Source: Owenia fusiformis
Lineage: Eukaryota
Assembly: GCA_903813345.2 (NCBI GenBank)
Contig: CAIIXF020000001.1
Location: forward strand, 5,084,001-5,148,000
Reading direction: 5' to 3'
Length of the DNA stretch: 64,000 nucleotides
Part shown: positions 34,970 through 48,200 of the stretch, one piece after another
Layout: each line of letters starts with the position of its first letter
Position numbering within the stretch: the stretch's first letter is position 1
Made by a program: the position numbers and the translations under genes
The notes under the pieces: generated by a model
What the model saw: only the letters and a program-made list of their open reading frames with translations
Told to the model about the DNA's origin: nothing
The model's database searches: none

Positions 34970-35812
34970 ATATATTAGTTTAAGAAATGCCAATTTTATA
35001 ACAAATACTTACCTGTATTTTGAGGCGTTTACAATTGGACTGAAACCATTGCCTTTTAACATTCGCAAATGGTACTGCTCATATTTTGTCAAGAAATGGA
35101 TTAAATATTGCGCACGTCATCTCCAACATATATCTATGTATTAAAAAGTTCTAAGAATATTCCAGATTAACAATTTTTCAAGCCTAGTCAACAAACGTCA
35201 ACTAGGAAACGGAAGCTCCATCAAGTAGCAGATCCCAACGAACAAAATATTCACGAATCGTCACAATATAATATTTACCATCTACTATACCCTAGATAAT
35301 AAGGGACAGAAATGGAGATATATCCAATTTTCAACCAATTTAAGCATTTGGGTGACCATTTCGGAGTATCAAAGGCACAAATTATGAAAACAATTCAATA
35401 TTTACTATCTAATGTAGTATATAAGCATACTTTGAAGATATCTCTAACTTATATCGAATTCCTGCTAGGCGGCCATTTTTAATTTTCTAATGCCGTATCA
35501 GAAAAATTATATGCAATAATTGCTATATGAGACTCGCAATCCTTGATTTTAAAGCATCTGGTAGGTCAAAAATTCAAATTAACGGTCGAAGTTAGTACCG
35601 CGTGTTATTGTTGCTAACAGAAGCGCATCTTTTCACTTCTTTCAATTGAATTGAGGAAAAAATGAAGCCCTTTGAATGAAGGATGGGAGAAAAGGGAATA
35701 TCCTACAAGGCATTAGCATGACAAAATGTCAACACAGTTATTGCATAGCGTGATATTGCCCATTATTATTTCCATGCTGAGATACGCGTTCTCTCCATTC
35801 GGGCTGCGGGAA

Positions 35813-36243
35813 GACACCCTCAGAAATATATACAGATATTCAACTCCACAATTCAATATTTGTAAAATATATATCGTATATGCCAATTGATGACATTGTC
35901 CGTTCTATATCTGTTCATATTAAAAATTAAATTCATATATCGCATATATGCTAGAGTTATTTGAGGATGGACGAACGGACGGAGGATGACTGAGAAAAAG
36001 AGGACTTCACGAAATAAGCAATTCCATACAACACAATCAACATACTGCTTGATTACAATGACACCCTCAGAAATATATACAAATATTCAACTCCACAGAT
36101 TTCAATATTTGTATATGCTAGGGTAATTTTCAGACGGACGAACGGACGGAGGATGACTGAGAAAGAGAGGACCTCACAAAATATGCTAAGCAATTCCATA
36201 AAACATTAACCGAACACAATCAACATACTGCTTGATTACAATG
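35813..36243. repeat. Imperfect tandem duplication (~245 bp) with GGAC-type microsatellite remnants
   Basis: gacaccctcagaaatatataca at 35813 and 36060; ggacgaacggacggaggatgactgagaaa occurs twice. Confidence 0.75.
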
Positions 36244-38439
36244 TAATTTATTTTCCAAAAATTACATATTTATATATTCACAACTATAAACATAGAACCT
36301 GTATAATAAACTTAGTTACTTTCAGATTCGTCGACCTATCATAAATACGGACGTAAAACATAAACATAAAACATATTTATGCGAACCCTTTAATCCGGGA
36401 TGTTAAGCTCCCCTCACATATGAACGAATCCACTTAGCGTAGTCTTTTAGATTTGATGGGAACGTGAATATGCGAACCAAAGCGCATCGTTTCGCATGCT
36501 TCCGAAGATTTCCGAAGATTTCCGAATGAACATTTACTCATACAAACACACCTACGATATGCAACGTGCATATACTGATGAGAGCGAACCCCTGTTCTCC
36601 ATTAAATGCAAGATGACGTCGGGGGCTTTCGATCATATGTGAGGAGGCCTTGAAGGTTTTTAAGAGAACTTGCACGTGAGCGCTTAATATTTCGACCCTG
36701 CATGGGAATTACTGTCCAGCTCTCAATTCAATTTTCCAGGGACAGGGACAATTATTTCCCGTATACCGTAATACTCAATCGCCCAAGTAAACAGTACAAA
36801 TGAGAGAACTAATCCACAGAGGGCCATAATTCTATACGTTCACGTACAAGTTTTAAAAACCTCCCTACTGACTACCATGGTAATTAGCACCAAACAATGT
36901 GTTTACCGCTTTCATCTTCTTCAACTCTAAACCTACTTAACATGAATACTAACTATCTAAATGCAAGTATACTAATGAAACATTTCTGTAAAGACCTCAT
37001 TCTATTGAAGTTATTTTGCAATCAATACGAATGCAATTCACAGAATCTCTGCTATTGTATCAGGCCTGTAGCGTCTCGTTTCCTTCCTTTAATGTAATAT
37101 CTTAATTTGACATCTTGATTAAATTAGTGTTATACAAGTTCACGTAAATATCTTCTGGGATCAGTGACTCGTATTACAATATTGTTTTATCAAATGTCAC
37201 CTTCACATTCATTGTTCTTTGTTTCCATGTCGATGAATGATTTATGTAGTGTTACCATAGAATTAGAATGTATACATTTTGTGTAAGTAGTCAGGAAAGT
37301 GAAGGTCATCCAAGGTCAATCAATAATTTCATTTTCTAAAGCTATTCATCTCTGGAGCGGAGACAATGAAAGTTTTAACTTTCATTTACGGGTGAATGAC
37401 ATCTGTCAATGTCAAATTGGATTATGTATCATTATTACATCTATCTCAGCGATCGAGATCAGGTTCACAAAGTCAACCAACACTTTGCTTCGCATTAAAA
37501 GTAATTGCTTCGTGTCATCCATTCTAAATGGGCCATGTCAAGGTCAAATATATATATCAATGTCGTTTGAAGGTCATTAAACATGATATTGTATTTTTAA
37601 CTGAATCTAATATATAGGGTCACTCAATTGGGTTTAAGAAAGGTAAAAAAATAAACCTAGCTATGAGCCTAAAATATGGCAAAAATGCAAGTAATTGTAC
37701 CGTATATTATTCTAAAAGATACCACATAAGAGATGATCAAAAGGGAGAATGAAAGATAATATAAGGATATATCGTATTTACAACATTAGATTTAGTTAAA
37801 GGCAAATTGCAAACACAGCATTACATTACCGATACTACAATGATTCATATGCACTATGTTGCTATGACAACTAAATTATTTTAACTCTTCCAATATACAG
37901 GTAGACTTGTCTGAGTGGACCTACACGTCTGGCATTTGTTTTTATTATGCTTAAAATATAGTGTTCTATATCGTATGGCCCTTTATCATTGAAAACGCCA
38001 ACATTGAATAAACTCACATCACATTATTATCAAGGTCCCTGTAGTTAATAAATATCTGAACAACTTAATACATTAAAACCTGTGTATAATGAACATTTTT
38101 CTGCCAAGAAAAAATTCAGTATTGCAGTATATTGCAGTATATATATTTATGAAATTGCCCATAGATTTCGGATCACATATTGCAACTCTGTTTTTAAATA
38201 CAAATACTATGGTATGGTACATTGTAAATTTTCAAAATCAGTCTTTATAAAACGTTCATGATTGCTAACCTATTAGATAGCTGATAAGACAAAGCACAAA
38301 AAAGACTTTCTTTGTTATAGTCTCGTAGATAACAACTGCTGACTGCCAACGTTTCAACGTTTACCGTTGAACCTGTGAACGTGGATGCTATTATTTATGA
38401 TTTTTACTAGACCTGACCCTAATCATTAATGTATTTGCA

Positions 38440-38555
38440 GTGAAGTACAAATATGTGTCTATGTTATATAACTGGCTATTTTATCCATTTACTCATTGTG
38501 AAGTACAAATATGGGTCTATGTTATATAACTGGCTATTTTATCCATTTACTCATT
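38440..38555. repeat. About 58-bp tandem duplication
   Basis: gtgaagtacaaatatg.gtctatgttatataactggctattttatccatttactcatt occurs twice. Confidence 0.85.
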
Positions 38556-39235
38556 TATTTATTGCACATATAAAACAGTATTGGCACACCAGTACACAGT
38601 ATGCTATTACAATGAATGTACATAAAATACAATACTGTACATAAAATAAAATGCTTACAAAAAATAAAATGCTTAAATTGAATGCAATGCTTACACGTAA
38701 GTACTTTCATTTAGGCAATTATATCAGCTTTCATAAAGCTATGAGGGATGACAAGATCAGATCTCAACATAACATTATTCAGCAATCTACACTTTATACA
38801 AGTAAATGGATATTTTCCATCATATGTCCAACGCTGACTGTATTATTAAAAAATCATACACATCATATAAAGGTCAAGACACTCTGGATCAAAGACTAGA
38901 GACTACATTGTGTATAATTTTTCTTTTGTGTTTTGAATTCAACTCTCATTGCTCTAATCTTCCTTGCATTTCGATACATGTCTAATGTCCATCACTCAAC
39001 AGGTAACGGTTTTTCTTATGGCAAAGCAAGGTAATCTCATCTTAACCGGTTGCAACTGCTTCTCTTATTTGAACAGATGTGTATAAACTAGAGTTCATTA
39101 AAAGTTTAGTTGGGAAGCACACACATTTGTTGATCCCTTAATGGTACCCCGTACTTGTACACAATTTCCGATTGCTAGTCTTTTATAAATGTACATCTGG
39201 AATATATGTCACTTCTTGGAATATATGTGTATCAT

Positions 39236-42200
39236 TCACCAGACTTCACACTTTTTCTGTGGATTCATGGGGGCATCTTTTTTACAGTTAAACTGTTCGG
39301 AAAAGTCCCTTGAATTTGACAATGTACCAATCACCCTGAAAAACAAAATCAATGTAAATACTGTTTAGTAATAAAAATCAGCAACTCCCTGGAGAATCAA
39401 ATTCCATTGAATAAAACATATTTTATCAAATCACTCGAACGCAATTTCGCTATATCCCTCTCAAACCTTTCCACTAAAGAACAAGCTAAAGTGTTAGTGA
39501 CCGGAATTGCAAAAAATATATAATTATAACTTTTATTAAAAAATAAATGAATAAAAATTACTGGTCCAATAGAATGTTGACCCTACATTTCATTTAATTA
39601 AATAATTGCTTTAATTGCTTTATAAAGGAGACCATGAGATGATGGAGAGAGACAATGTCCTTAATGAACCTCTGTCAGTAGACGGTGATTTTACCTGAAT
39701 TTTCCTGGACTATGTGGGTCACCAATGATTGTCTCATGGTCGGCTTCAGCTGTACTAGTTGTGCACCATACCTGAATATACAGGGTTGACAATAAAAATG
39801 GGACACTTTCATCCTTGGAAATATTTAAGATCGAATAAATGAACTATGGGAGTTTGATGAAGTAATTCAGATCTTGACTCTTCTCTTGTATCAGTAAAAA
39901 GTTGAACAGGTAAGCATCTTTCCTGGAATTTTGATGACAATATTTATGAGGCGTGTGCCGGCCTGCCCAGAGAGTCGCATGCCTATCATCACAAGATGAG
40001 AAAAATGCAGCGCTTTGAAAACTGGGAATAAAAATATATCTGAAAAAAATTTACTGTGAAAGGTGTTAAGATTAGGGAGGTGTTCAAATAAAAACATTTT
40101 ACTTTTGTTTTAGTGTGTATGCATATATAGCCAATAATACCTGTGCAAATCCCATAAAGAAGAGTTGCTTCTGTGTTAGGTTGACCCCAGGTAATGGTAA
40201 CTCTTCTCCATTATTAGACACCCAATCCATGTAAGCCTGAAGTTACAATTTGTCAGCATGAAATTATATATTTACACCCTAAGCATGAAACATAAATCTA
40301 ATTGAATATATTGTAGGCTATTTCTATGAAGGATACACAGAATTCTTAATTAATGCCTTTAAGATATTCTTTTCATCAGAATAGTCTCTGTGTGCAATGA
40401 AGTACAGTGGATGGCTAAATATTACTTTATTCAACATTTTTAGTTCTTGATAGTTTTGACAACAGTTCCCATTGGGCAATGTTCAGTGGGCAGAAAGAAA
40501 TGGATGTGGTTTTATTTAGAAACACAGTTTTAAACAGAGACACCAATTCATTTTTTCATGTCGTGTCCATGCTGGAACTTACATTATATGCTGATTTTAG
40601 GCCTCCATTATCTGCAATATTCTCTCCCAGGGTCTGTTTCCCCTTCACATTTTCATCACCTAGTTTATATGAAGAATACTGGTTTTCCATACACTTGGTA
40701 GCATTCTTAAACTTTGTCACAGATTCTTTGTTCCACCAGGGACGTAAGTTACCATTCTTATCATACTCCCTACCTGCAGAACAAAATCAGAGAATATTTA
40801 AGTTGCTGAATGTATATTCATTTTTCTCTTAAGGTTTGTTTGTTTATTTGTTTGTTTGTTTGTTTGTTTGTTTGTTTATCTGATTGCCTTTGTCCTCGTT
40901 ATATATTAAACCTAGAATCACTATAAGCTTTACAGCTACCCTGGTCTCAAACCAAACAGGGGTATGGACCCCAGGTTAAAGGCTAATCAATAATTCAAAA
41001 TTAGTATTGAAGGTAAAGGATTGTGAGAGGTTAAGGTTTCATTTCAAGGTCAATGTCCCATGCAAGGTCAAAGTTCAGTTTATCAAAATTGCATTCTAGG
41101 CTATGACAGATTCATACATATTATATCAAGGTAAGGTGAATGTTTATATAGGTATTCTATATTTACTTTTTTATGAATATCATGAATCAAAAGACAATGC
41201 CATCTTTAGGTCAACCACAGAATAACTAAACAGTCAGGTTTATTTGCTTTATTAACAGGCACTGGATTTTAACTACATGTACCTACCCTGATCATCAAAA
41301 CCATGAGTAAGCTCATGACCCATCACAACACCCATTCCACCAAAGTTTAGAGATCTAAAAGTAAATAGGTCAAGCATTAAGCATAAAGGTATATTTCTTG
41401 CGTTTACTAGGTGTCCCCATTTTGTATAGGTACAACCAATTATCTTTCTATATTCAGATAAACATGAAAAATGTTCAGGTATAATCAAAATTGATTATCT
41501 AACGTTGCAGTGCTCATTTCAAGGCTGCACTATTTTGGACAGGAAGTGATGTCACCGACTCTTCCTCCTTTAAACCTTGCTCATAACAGTATAGGAAAGT
41601 AGCACAAAATCAGTTATAAGAATTGGGTTCTTACTTTGTGAGCTTGTCAATTTAAACTACATGTATATGAATACATTTTCTGTGACATTTAAACCATATT
41701 ATAATTGACTTACTGAGGGTAATTCTGGTCATAAAAAGGAGTTTGTAGAATTCCTGCTGGGAATACAATCTCATTCTTCTGAGGAGTGTAGTAAGCATTA
41801 ACAGTGGGAGGGGTCATCCCCCAGCTAGAAACACACATACATACGTTGTATCATTAATATGCCACTATCCAATCAATTAGGAGGCAAAAGTAATTTGATT
41901 ATGGTTGGAATAATTCCACCTTTTAAGTGGAACATTATTTTGAGGTCCCAATGTGTTCCACTTATGCAGATTTCACTGACAACAATATTCATAAAAAGTA
42001 TCTAAAATTATGTCATTGATAGCATTGAACGGAATCAACAATCTCTTAATGTTACCTTGTTTTATCTGGTGGCTTTCGTAATTTTTCCATATTTCTGTTG
42101 AAGCTGTATCTCATATTGTTAAGATTGTTCTGGAAGTACTCATCTGGAGCTATGTCCAACTGGAACAAAATATACTAATAGATTGCAAGTGTTATCATTT

Positions 42201-45200
42201 CAGAGATATATACTAACTAGGTCTCCTTATGAAATTCAAACATGCAAATACAATCTCAAATGAATACTTTTGTTTTGTATCAACCTGTTACGTCACCCCC
42301 CCCCCCCAACTTCCCTCTTATTCTACCTCAGATAAATGTCAGAGTTCAGACAATATAATCGATTGTGGGAGGGGACTTGATGCCACTCCATTATATGGCT
42401 TTATTGGTATTTTGTGGCTCTCCCTTATATCTAGGTTTCTAGCAATAAATTACTTGTAATAAGTTACTTATATCATTGAACTGTGTTTATCATTCATTGT
42501 GATACATCAGGGCACAATAGCATAAATCAAAATGACAATAATAATACCCCATTTAGACCAGTAATTCAATTGTTCCAGTAGACTAATTGTGATGTCACAT
42601 ATCCGATTACAGTTATGTACACTATATAATTAATGATCTATATTCAATAATGTGGACACAGCCATTTCATCATCCTTGGTCCAAGGGTATTTCACTTCTT
42701 TCCATACTATACCCTTGGTGCAGCCTATACAATTGTTGGGATTGTGCAAACAAACTTTCAAATAAAATCACTAGCAAATCAGAACCATTGTTACAATCAA
42801 GGGTCAAAATAAACAAAGATTTTCTAAGAATGTTCACAGTGATAAACAGGCATTACATGTTCACTAATAAGTTTATTGCCACAGTTTGGATGCATTTTTC
42901 TTTAAGAATCCAATTTATGAGTAATTTGCATCCTATTTGGGGTCGTCATAAACAGAAGGAGGACAAAACATGCCCATTGAATTTAGTATAGAGTATTGTG
43001 ATTGGAAACGCATTTTCTGCTTTGACCACTAGGAAACTCAGCTTTTTTATGACCTCTAAAATGAATCTAACTGGGCTTAAGTGAAGGGCTGAATTTAAGC
43101 ATAAATGAAGTCCTTTGAAGAAGGATGGCATTTCATCTCACCTTTTCATATCTTTCATCCAACTTTTTTGGATCCATTATGAATTTGGGAAATCCAATCA
43201 TATCTATGACTGCATCAGCCTAGAAATAAATATTGTATTAACAAATTAAATGAACGTGTAATTTAGAGTAATTAGATCTGGACCCCTGTCTAATCTGAAC
43301 ACCTTTCAATGTGAACACTTTTTGATCCCATTTTTTAATCTGCCATAAATTACCATTTTACAAAACCTTAAAATGTGAACACCTGCTAATATGAACACTT
43401 TCGACTGCTCAAATTGGTGTTCAGATTCAACAGGTTTTACTGCACATTTGATTGAGGAAGAAATACAGAGGAAAGAGACCAAGAAGGTACAAACATGTAT
43501 ACTCTGTTGTACACAGTATTTTCACAAAAGTGACAAGGAAATGAAATTTACAGTGTATTGCAGCCTTAAGGTAGCCATCTAACTTTAAAAGCGATAATGG
43601 TCAGGTTTGCTTATGTTTTAATTAACTTTTTTCCATGAATAATACAACTTTTTGAGATCTTGAGATATAAGAACTTTCTGTCTGAATTAGTTACCGTTGG
43701 TTGTCAGTTTTAATCAAAGCTGCTAATTACCTTTTCTCTAGCTGCTTTACGTGTGGCTGCATCCATCCACTTTAGATTTGGAAGGTTTGCTTTGAATGCT
43801 CTCTTGATTTGCCCAATCATTTCTGTAGCCTTACATGGAACATATAATACATAATCAGACCAATGAACAATGATAAGAGGTAATCCAATGTATGGTAGTG
43901 TGAAAATATTTGATCTTTGTCGGGTGATAAATCTATGCAACAATAAAATAGGGTTTGAATTATCAAAAATTACAGTTTATAGAAAAATGGCAACCATTTT
44001 GTTTGAGTATTCATATTGAAGATTCCTTCTCTAGCAGAGGTTCTAATATGGCATCAGCCAATAAAATATGAACTCAATCAGACAATTGTTATTTGAGTTA
44101 TCATCTAACACATACGCATGAATGGAAAGCTTCTCTATATTGCTACCCAAACTTCAGTCAATGGGAGAATCAGCTCAAGAATGTATCACCTTTTCTTTGC
44201 TATTTCCATCAAAAGTGGCTCTGACAAACATGGCACCAAGACCAAAGCCCAGTTTGTCATCTGTGTCAGATATGCAAGTCCGCCATTTCTCCTCCTCCCC
44301 TGTAGTACCTGAAAGATATTTTCTCTTGGAACTCTCATCTCTCTAAATAAATTATCACTTTTCTGTAGATTTATTCAAAAAAAACTTAATGAAACTTCTA
44401 AGCAAATCATCACTGATAAGGTCAACATGATTATATTAAGACATTTACAGAAAGACTATTCTCCTATGATACTTCATGTCCAACTTACAACAAAGCAAGG
44501 TTATTAATAATTAATGACATTATATATGTAGCTCTTTAAAATTCATAATATTCTTACCTGAAAAAACTTTGATGAGATCTTTACTTGCATCCTTGAAGTC
44601 CTTTGAAAGGTATGAAGTGAGTGACTTGATAATCCCCCACACCATATACGTATGTAGCACCCTAGCAGAGAGAAAATAAAGCATGTAGAAATCATAGCTA
44701 GACATGAAATATGATTTTGTTTCAAAAAGCCGAGTTGTTAGGGCAGCGTTTGGCTTAACATCTTCTTTGTCAGACATATTTCTTAAAATGTATGGACATG
44801 CCTTTCTATTTCAGCATTTAGAAGTGTAAATTAATTTCCATGAGAAAAGTCCCACTTATACTTTTTAAGATATATATTACTATATTTCAAGATTTTAAAT
44901 GCAGGAATTTCAGCTGAAATAACGTTCATTCAGGGGGGTTCTTTATAGACAATGAAAATAGATGTTAGCCGAGATGAAATATCTAAACTTAAATTTTGAC
45001 ACTAGGTCCATGATTGTTGGTAATGTCTCAATTGTTCAACCTTTCAAATATCTATTTCTTATTGTTTAAAATATCATGACATATTTTTGTGTTAAGTAAA
45101 AAATGTTTTCTTGATACAGATGTTACTAGTATTAGACAATGCTATATGTAGCTATAAGCTACCTACTGGTTGTTGAGTTCAAAGAAATATATTCATTGAG

Positions 45201-48200
45201 AAGTGCAACTACATTTCAAATGTAATACAATGCATTAACATCCAAAATGTCACAAATTGTTACTTTTGGTGGTGACAAAAATCAAACTTACCTTTTCTGG
45301 GTGTCATTCTTTAACATTTCTGTTATCATCATCGAGACATTACCCAGGTATTCAGGGGCAAATACTACAAGCTCTTCTGATTGGTCAATTTGAACTCTGG
45401 TATCGAGTAACATATCATTAAAATAATTCAGCCAATTCAACTGAAAAAAACATTGAAATAATAATTGTTTTCAGATTTCAGGTACAACGTTTTCAAAGAT
45501 TTGTTAATTATTTGTGTGTAAAAGAGGTTTGAAAAAATTGTTTCTTTATCATTTTATCATTCAGAATACTAGATAAGAAATATGAAAGAAAAATTGCTGT
45601 TCATTTCAACTATGCTGTTATCTTTAGAGGGCATCCCTAACAGAAAGTTATTTTGTCAAGGTACATGCAGAAGATCACTTACAAAAGGAACTTTCTCTTG
45701 TAACTCAGCCACAGTCATCTTGTGATATAGTTTTTCCTCATCTCTCCTCTCTTCACTTGGAGTAGTCACCTGGAAACAAACATTTGCATCTTAATAAGCA
45801 GGGCCGTCAGATGGGGGGGTGCGATGGGTGCGACCGCACCCCCCTTTGTTACCTCCCAAAAAAAATTTGAAAAAAAAAAAAAATTGAAAAAAATTTTTTT
45901 TTGTCATTTTTTTTCATTGACTCATACACTTTGAAAGTACCCAGAAAGCACCAAATAGCATCTTAAAATTGTAAAATTTTCTAGGGGTATTGGCCACCCC
46001 TCACACCCCCCACAAAACAATGGAAAAGTTCTAAATTTATTTTAGTGTTTTGTCTCAGACACTTTTTAAATGCCCAGACATCATCAAATAGCTCCTTGAT
46101 ATAGTTAGTGTTTCTGGGGGACTTGCTCCCCTCTTGCATCTTGCACTTGAATAACCCCCCCCCCCCTCTGGCGCCCCCCCCCCCCTCTGGCGCCCCCCCC
46201 CCCCTCTTGACCCCCCCCCCCCCCAAAAAAAAATTGTGATTTTCTCAAATTCTTTAATTGACTCATACAATTTGAAAATGCCCAGAAAGCACCAAATAGC
46301 GTCGTAAAATTGTAAAATTTTCTAGGGGGAGTGGGCCACCCCTCACACCCCAAACAAAACAATGGAAAAATTCTGAATTTGTTTTATGTATTGTCTCAGA
46401 CACTTTTAAATTGCCCAGACATCATCAAATAGCTCCTTGGTAAAGTAAATGATTCTGGAAGACTAACACTTACTCGCCCTCTGACATCCCCACTCCACCT
46501 CCCCCTCTGGCAGCCCCCCCCCCTTAACACCCCCTCCCCCCCAAAAAATTGAGATTTTTCAAATTTTTTTAGTGACTCATACATTTTGAAAGTGCCCAGA
46601 AAGCACCAAATAGCATCTTAAAATTGTAAAATTTTCTTGGGAAATATGCGCTTTTAGGCACAGACACTTTTAAAGTGCCCAAACTTCTAATGGAATTAAG
46701 CACCTTGATATTGTAAGTTTTGATATGGGGGACAAACACTTGCTCCCCCTCTGGCACCTCAGCCCCACCTCCCCCTCTGGCACCCCTCTCCCCCCCCCTC
46801 TTTGACACTCCAAAAATTTGAAAAAAATTGTGATTGTTTTTCAATGTTTTTATTGACTAATACCTTTAAAAGTGCCCAGAAGCACCAAATATCATCTTTA
46901 AATTGTAAAATTTTCTAGGAGAGTTAGCTATCCCTCACATCCCCCACAAAACAAAAGAAATATTCTGAATTTCATGTATTGTCTCAGACATTTTTTAAGT
47001 GCCCAGACATCATCAAATAGCACCTTGATATGGTCAATGTTTCTGGGGGACAACCCCTTGCTCCCCTACTGGCACCCCACCCAACTTCACCCTCTCATCC
47101 TCTTTGACACCCCAAAAGAATTTGAAAAAAATTCACATTTTTCTTATTGACTCATAACGCACAGGCGTACCAGATGGTTCCAAATACAAGCAAATTTCAA
47201 AATTTTCCTGGGGGAGAACCCCCAGACCCCCCTGAATGCTCATTTTTTTATTCACTCAACTCTTATTCTTGTGGTGGTGGCGTACTACTAACTTAGAAAC
47301 TTACACTTTGAATGTGAGCCCAGAAAGCACCAAATAGCATCTCAAAACTGTAAAATTTTCTAGGAGGAGTGGACCACTCCTCACATCCCCCAAAAAACAA
47401 TTGGAACGTTTAGAAGTTGCATTTGTTAATTCCAAACCAATATAGGGAGTAACTGACCCCCCCCCCCCCCCTCTGTCTTACGCGATTTGATTTATGCGGC
47501 AAAAAAATTGACAATTCTATATTCTCTTTAGTAAGCTAAAAACCGCACCCCCCTTGGAGAAAAGTGTCTTACGGGCCTGATAAGGATGTTCCACTTGGAG
47601 AGGTTTAATATTTTAGCTCAATGGGTCATAGGAAAAATATTCAACTTATGGAGATGTTTCATTAACAGATTTTACTATAAATGAATGTCTTCCCCTCAAA
47701 CAATTATTGTGCTCTATAGTTGCGGAGCTCTTCATATGATAGATGCTTTAAGGAGAGCCTTACCTCTGCTAATGACTGCTCAAAGAGTAGCACATCTCTG
47801 AAGTGTTCTTCTGTTGCATTCCTCTCTCCTCCAAGCAACACCCCTATGTCTGTCATGTACTTAAGGTAGGCAGATAAGTACTAAAAATACACAAATGCAG
47901 CTTGATTAAATGGAACAATACCAAATGGACATTGAAGCGATCTTACTGAGGCCCTTTTAGATTATCAAAGCAAATGGCCTTGATATAACCTTTGATTTCT
48001 GAAATGTAGTCTGAATAAAACATTTCTAAGTGAGTTAAGGCAACTGACCATATACATGATGACATCTTAATGAAATCACAAATTTATGAAATTGTACTTG
48101 CTTTTCCTGGCACGTCATTTAATATTCATGAATGGTCAAAAATGCAACCTAATTTAATACATGTACCTCATTCTGAAAATTTTGCTGTAATACTTTGATT

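Noticed and set aside
37858-37871. Isolated X-box-like GTTGCTATGACAAC
   Set aside because: It is not near any identifiable gene start, and a single motif is weak evidence.
45981-46844. Gly-rich ORFs
   Set aside because: They are translations of poly-G tracts in an intronic repeat.
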